64,000 nt of DNA from positions 1-64,000 of the IMG/VR virus record IMGVR_UViG_2806310702_000003. One strand, given 5' to 3'. A model generated the notes under the pieces. It was not told where the DNA came from. It made no database searches and saw only the letters and a program-made list of their open reading frames with translations. The DNA comes from a virus (taxonomy: Duplodnaviria; Caudoviricetes). Made by a program: the position numbers and the translations under genes. Below, piece after piece: positions 59,732 through 64,000 of this stretch. Positions within the stretch are counted from its first letter, which is position 1; every line of letters begins with the position of its first letter.

Positions 59732-60129
59732 TTGCCATTTTTGATTATGTCTTTAAAAAACCCACTCGCACAGTGGCAACTCAATACCCTTAAGATTTCA
59801 TATATATCAATTGCTTCTTTTTTTAATAATTTTTCGGTGTTTTTTTTTATGGTTGAATCAATATCTTTGCATAGTTTCAAGTATTTAAAATCTCTGTGTT
59901 CAACCCAACACTTTTTGCCACTTTCTAATGCTTCCATAAAGCTAACAGGTTGCTGCACTAATTCCCATTCCATTCCAATTATTAACCCGCACATTGGTGC
60001 ATATTCGCCATTTTCAACAAATAAAAATTCCCCATTTACGTTTTCTATGCCAAAATTTTTACACTTGAATTCTTTTGCTTTCTCTTCTTCTAACATTTTA
60101 ATTACTTCCCAAGTTTTATACTTTCTCAT
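59710..60129 (-). CDS. Hypothetical phage protein (WELV.QPVSFMEA motif)
   Basis: Recurring clostridial phage motif; RBS GAGGGG. Confidence 0.6.
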   Translation of the reverse strand: MRKYKTWEVIKMLEEEKAKEFKCKNFGIENVNGEFLFVENGEYAPMCGLIIGMEWELVQQPVSFMEALESGKKCWVEHRDFKYLKLCKDIDSTIKKNTEKLLKKEAIDIYEILRVLSCHCASGFFKDIIKNGKWYIEVE

Positions 60130-60140
60130 CTAATCCCCTC

Positions 60141-60662
60141 CTAAGCTATTCTTCTCTTTTTTTTATTTTTTCTTTTTATATTGTAGCTATCTAGTATTCT
60201 ATATATTTTTTGCACTGACATATTTAACAAACTTGCTATTTCATCTATCATGTAGTTATTGTATAAGTGTTCCATTTCTTTTCTGCTAGGTATAGACTTC
60301 TTTGGAACTTTTAATCTATATTCATTTATTAATCTCATTATTGTTTTATAGTCTACACCCTTTATTGTTGCTATTGCATTTACTGTATTGTTTTTTAGAA
60401 GTATTTCAAGTTCTTCTTTAGTACAACATTCTGATGTTTTTATTTTTTCTCTTTTATTCATGTATCCTTTAATTTTAAATCCTTCTTCTTTAGCAATCTG
60501 TATAAGTTCATTTATTTGTACTTCTGCACAAAAGTGCATGTTGTAATTTTGTTTTTTAATGAACCAATTACAAAGTTTATCTTTAGTTAAAACCTCATTT
60601 TTGTTTAATTCTTCTTGCATTAAACTTATTAATTTTTTCTTTCTTTTAAACTTATCATACAT
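60141..60662 (-). CDS. Tandem-HTH DNA-binding protein
   Basis: IATIKGVDYKTIMRL and IASLLNMSVQKIYRIL. Confidence 0.65.
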   Translation of the reverse strand: MYDKFKRKKKLISLMQEELNKNEVLTKDKLCNWFIKKQNYNMHFCAEVQINELIQIAKEEGFKIKGYMNKREKIKTSECCTKEELEILLKNNTVNAIATIKGVDYKTIMRLINEYRLKVPKKSIPSRKEMEHLYNNYMIDEIASLLNMSVQKIYRILDSYNIKRKNKKKRRIA

Positions 60663-60765
60663 TCACCTCGAACGAAATTACTTTTTATTAATTTAATTTT
60701 ACACTATTAAATGGTAATTTTCAATAGTTTTGTACGAAATTAGTTATAAAAAACAAGAGAAGGAC

Positions 60766-61530
60766 TTATTCTTCCTTCTCCATTAAATATCTCACTATAC
60801 ATCTACATCTTATAGTTTCTCTTTTATCGGCCCTAGGATCACCTGGATAACTTAGACCTGGTTTAAAATCTTCATTAATTCCAACTACTTTCCCATCTAA
60901 TGTTTGGTGTGTAGACCTAACTGCATTATCTCTACAAGTAATCCACTTCTTATATTTAAATCCAGAAGCATTAGCACTAAACATATTTGCTCTCATAAAC
61001 GTATTATGCATTTCTGTATTAGCTATTCTTAATGCTCTATGCTTACTGTAATCTTCTATTAAACTACTTAATGTATTTGCTATCTTATCCGTACTATCTC
61101 CAGCTAATAAGCCTTTTTTTAGTATCTGTCTTGTTATTTCTTTTGTTGTTCTACTTACCATAACTATTCTTTCGCAACCATATGTATTTAGCCAGTTCAT
61201 ATAATCATCTCGAATTATATTATATATAGTGCCTTCTTGGTTTGTTACATGTATATTTTCAAAAAATTCTGCCCCAAGTTTTCCAGCTTCTATATAGAAG
61301 GGTAATAGTGCAGCTAATGTAGTTTGCACTCCTTCATCTTCTTTGAATATCTTATCTGATATTTCTTCTGCTTTCTTCTCCGCTTCTTCTTCTGTTATAT
61401 CTTCATTATCTTTATTTTCTTTTACATACTTTAGATAAGCTTGTGCTATAGCTTCACCTTGTGCTATTAATATCTTTTTTATTTTATTTTCAAATTTCTT
61501 CTCTAAAGGTCCTATCATTTTTTCATACAT
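60766..61530 (-). CDS. Minor head protein (MuF/SPP1 gp7-like)
   Basis: RALRIANTE, KKW...D..VRSTH..LDG, PGDP....IRCRC. Confidence 0.88.
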   Translation of the reverse strand: MYEKMIGPLEKKFENKIKKILIAQGEAIAQAYLKYVKENKDNEDITEEEAEKKAEEISDKIFKEDEGVQTTLAALLPFYIEAGKLGAEFFENIHVTNQEGTIYNIIRDDYMNWLNTYGCERIVMVSRTTKEITRQILKKGLLAGDSTDKIANTLSSLIEDYSKHRALRIANTEMHNTFMRANMFSANASGFKYKKWITCRDNAVRSTHQTLDGKVVGINEDFKPGLSYPGDPRADKRETIRCRCIVRYLMEKEE

Positions 61531-61571
61531 CTGAAGAAGTTTTTGCTTTTCTTTATCAACCTCCTTCCTTT

Positions 61572-62843
61572 TTAATAAAGAAAATCCAGGCTTTTTTCTT
61601 CTCCCTCAGACGTTATATTTTTCCCAACAACTTCTTTTTCTTCTCCAAATTCAACTAAATTCATTGGCAACATTATTTTATCACCATTTTTTATAGGTTC
61701 TAGTCCTACTTTTTCTCTTTTCTCATTAATAGTCATAAATGTACTGTTATTAACCCTATCAAACATTTCTTTTATATCTTCTTGCAAACAGGGAATATGA
61801 CTATAATCTATTTCTAAATACTCATTTTCTTGTAATTCTAAAAAGTTTTGAAGATGCTGTGCAAGGTCTTGCATTAAAGGTATAACAGTTTTAGTGTAAA
61901 GTCCTTTTTCAGCTTCATTTTTGTTATTATAAGAAGATTGTTCGTTAAATCCTATAACTATAGGATCAACCCCCATGCCTATGCATATATCCAACATAGT
62001 ATTTCTTTTACCCTCGTTCCAATCCATGTCTTTAGGATTAACACCTGTTGAAATATAAGACATTCCACCCTCTAATAACATAAATTTACCAACGTTTCTA
62101 CTACCTTGGTGACTATTTCTTAATTCTGTTTTAGTTCTTTCATACTCTGCATCTCCTAACGTATCTGGAGTAGTAAAAACACCACTTAAATTACCACCAT
62201 TTTGGAGAAGAGATACGTTCCAATTGACTAATTCGTTAAGTAAATCTCCATTTTTTAGCACGGGCTCCAGCATACTCATACCATGGCCTAAACCGTCCAG
62301 GTAATCTGTTGGATTAAATTCTTTCCACAACATAAAATCTTTTGCTTCTATAGGAATTTCATTATATTTTATTTCTATATAAGGCTTTTCAGTATCTCCT
62401 GTAGGCGTAAATTTGACCATGTCCGGTCTATATACATATAATTCTTTTACTTTTCCACTTGCTTTAACTCTATGAAATGGTACTTCTCCACCTATATATT
62501 TATAAGCTATTGCTCTTTTAATTAATTCAGAACGACTATATAAGGGATTGGGTTTTTCTAATACACTTAATGCTGGATGTCCTTTTATTTCTTCTTTTTC
62601 GCCATTCTGGTTAACTTTAACGACTTTAAAATGTAATTGTATTGCTCCTTTTATAATCTCTTGCATACATCTAAATATAATCCAGTTACGTCTATATCCC
62701 TCTGTTGCTATTGCTTTGTAATTTACATCTGTATAAACTGCCGACTTTCCCATTTGTTGCACTATCTTAGAATATATTGTCTTATCTTTACTTGCTTTAA
62801 GTTCAAATATGTTTTTTAATCTCATGTTATCACTTCCTTTCAA
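61572..62843 (-). CDS. Portal protein B (HK97 family)
   Basis: LEKPNP, GMSMLEP, LLEGG, PKDMDW, TINEKR..GLEP..GD. Confidence 0.92.
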   Translation of the reverse strand: MKGSDNMRLKNIFELKASKDKTIYSKIVQQMGKSAVYTDVNYKAIATEGYRRNWIIFRCMQEIIKGAIQLHFKVVKVNQNGEKEEIKGHPALSVLEKPNPLYSRSELIKRAIAYKYIGGEVPFHRVKASGKVKELYVYRPDMVKFTPTGDTEKPYIEIKYNEIPIEAKDFMLWKEFNPTDYLDGLGHGMSMLEPVLKNGDLLNELVNWNVSLLQNGGNLSGVFTTPDTLGDAEYERTKTELRNSHQGSRNVGKFMLLEGGMSYISTGVNPKDMDWNEGKRNTMLDICIGMGVDPIVIGFNEQSSYNNKNEAEKGLYTKTVIPLMQDLAQHLQNFLELQENEYLEIDYSHIPCLQEDIKEMFDRVNNSTFMTINEKREKVGLEPIKNGDKIMLPMNLVEFGEEKEVVGKNITSEGEEKSLDFLY

Positions 62844-63081
62844 TTATAATTATTTTTCCATTGTCATACTTAACATTATAGAAAGGTATTTTTTCTCCTT
62901 CTTGTATATTTTTAAATTCTTTACATAAACATTTGTATGTTAATATTCCATTTCCCATATCTTTCACATCTAAAATAATCAATTCCCTATAAATTTTTAA
63001 TAATTCTTTTGAATTATTTCGGATTAAATCTTTAGTTATTTGTATAAAGCCGACTTGATTCATACCTATATATGCTTTCAT
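62830..63081 (-). CDS. Hypothetical protein
   Basis: 83 aa; EF..IQEGEKIPFY. Confidence 0.55.
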   Translation of the reverse strand: MKAYIGMNQVGFIQITKDLIRNNSKELLKIYRELIILDVKDMGNGILTYKCLCKEFKNIQEGEKIPFYNVKYDNGKIIIIERK

Positions 63082-63275
63082 TCTTCCATTACTCCCTTTT
63101 TAATTTTTTCAGCTAATAATAAAGGAATCCAGAACATTCCATAGTATATTCCTAATACTAATCCCATTATTATTTTTCCAGACAAGTGTTTTAATAAACT
63201 GTAACTTATCTTAATTCCTAAGAATACACCTGTCATTATGTATATATATAATAAAAATGCTAGTAAATATTTCAT
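63078..63275 (-). CDS. Small two-TM membrane protein
   Basis: 65 aa hydrophobic; RBS GAGGTG. Confidence 0.6.
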   Translation of the reverse strand: MKYLLAFLLYIYIMTGVFLGIKISYSLLKHLSGKIIMGLVLGIYYGMFWIPLLLAEKIKKGVMEE

Positions 63276-63346
63276 TATTTATCACCTCAATATTATTATA
63301 CTGTTTTCGGCGTAACCTCGCTTAAATCAACACTTTATAAAAATGT

Positions 63347-63374
63347 TTAAGACATAAGAATTGTTATGTCTTGT
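63347..63374. other. dif-like 11-6-11 site candidate
   Basis: TTAAGACATAA-GAATTG-TTATGTCTTGT; 9-bp perfect IR around a 6-bp spacer. Confidence 0.55.
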
Positions 63375-63597
63375 ATATGGAGATGGTAAGGGCTGAAAGT
63401 GGCTATTCTCAACGCTTTACGGTTTAAATATAAAAAAATAAAGCAGTGTGGTAACTGCTTTATTGATAGATTATTTAATTATGGAATAATATCTTACGAT
63501 CTAAATCGTATATGAATGGAAAGTACAATATGTTGTAAGGTTAGGAGGATACACCTCCTTTATAATTTTATTTTTTAAACTAGATTAGTAACAATAT

Positions 63598-63859
63598 TAT
63601 TGATTCACTGCTTAAAGCAAAGTTGCGACCTTACACTTTAAGTCTTACCGTAAAGAGCAATAATGGTAGATAATCAACAATAAATCTGGTCACTGTTAAC
63701 GTACAGTTAAACGTTTCTTTATACTCGAAAGACCAGTGCTTATTTCGAGTTATGTTATACGGGTATCTACACCCCAAGCTTACCGACCAATTTGGTAGCA
63801 TTTATAGCGTTAAGCTAACGGTCATTATTTTTTTAGTATTGTCCCACACGTGAACAATA
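63598..63859 (-). ncRNA. Structured ncRNA candidate (~260 nt)
   Basis: Terminal stem, several hairpins and two loop-pairing pseudoknots; G-U pairs favour the minus strand. Confidence 0.65.
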
Positions 63860-63866
63860 TAATTGT

Positions 63867-63925
63867 TATTGCATACTGGCTTCGAACCAGTAACCCGCGC
63901 GTTTCTTCCTTGAGTTAATGCAATA
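63867..63925 (-). ncRNA. tRNA-like element lacking an anticodon arm
   Basis: 8-bp acceptor-like stem, TAACTCAAGG D-loop-like segment, T arm ACTGG-TTCGAAG-CCAGT. Confidence 0.55.
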
Positions 63926-64000
63926 TTTACGTAAAATATAAGTTGGCGTAAATTTATATTTTACAACTTTTGTTGTTGTCAATTTTGTCTTATTTTTTAG

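Larger units (their letters stand above)
37753..62843 (-). mobile_element. Phage morphogenesis module B (HK97-type head, DUF3383-type contractile tail) with inserted accessory genes
   Basis: Portal, minor head, protease, capsid, neck, sheath, tube, TMP, baseplate and fibre in order. Confidence 0.92.

Noticed and set aside
63543-63559. AGGAGG/CCTCCT hairpin as the RBS of a small toxin ORF
   Set aside because: No suitably spaced start codon or convincing ORF found on either strand
63867-63925. Canonical tRNA gene
   Set aside because: No anticodon stem-loop and only 59 nt; kept as a tRNA-like element
1-64000. CRISPR array, reverse transcriptase/DGR, toxin genes
   Set aside because: No regularly spaced repeats with unique spacers, no RT motif and no recognisable toxin ORF seen

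Overview
Very AT-rich, Clostridium-like DNA that is phage/plasmid-derived from end to end. It holds two non-homologous contractile-tail virion modules, both on the minus strand. Module A (427-18881) has an HNH/cos terminase, an HK97-type head and a PBSX/Xkd-type tail. Module B (37753-62843) has an HK97-type head and a DUF3383/DUF3277-type tail, and is broken up by inserted accessory genes. Between them lie one lysis cassette, a pilin-like/HerA-VirD4-like ATPase module, a ParM/ParR partition locus, a rep gene with a probable antisense RNA, an XRE repressor and early genes. An IS607 tnpA is cut by the left edge. Main observations: (1) a 27-bp direct repeat at the N/C junction of both tail-fibre genes brackets a complete-looking 38.2-kb phage-plasmid; (2) related short motifs sit at accessory-gene boundaries, suggesting cassette exchange; (3) about 12 copies of an ACGAAATTA(G/C)TT operator-like motif; (4) a ~260-nt pseudoknotted ncRNA candidate next to a tRNA-like element with no anticodon arm; (5) four candidate programmed frameshifts; (6) a Tad1-like anti-defence sponge and a SigF/G-like sigma factor. 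All family calls come from motif recognition by eye; no searches were run.
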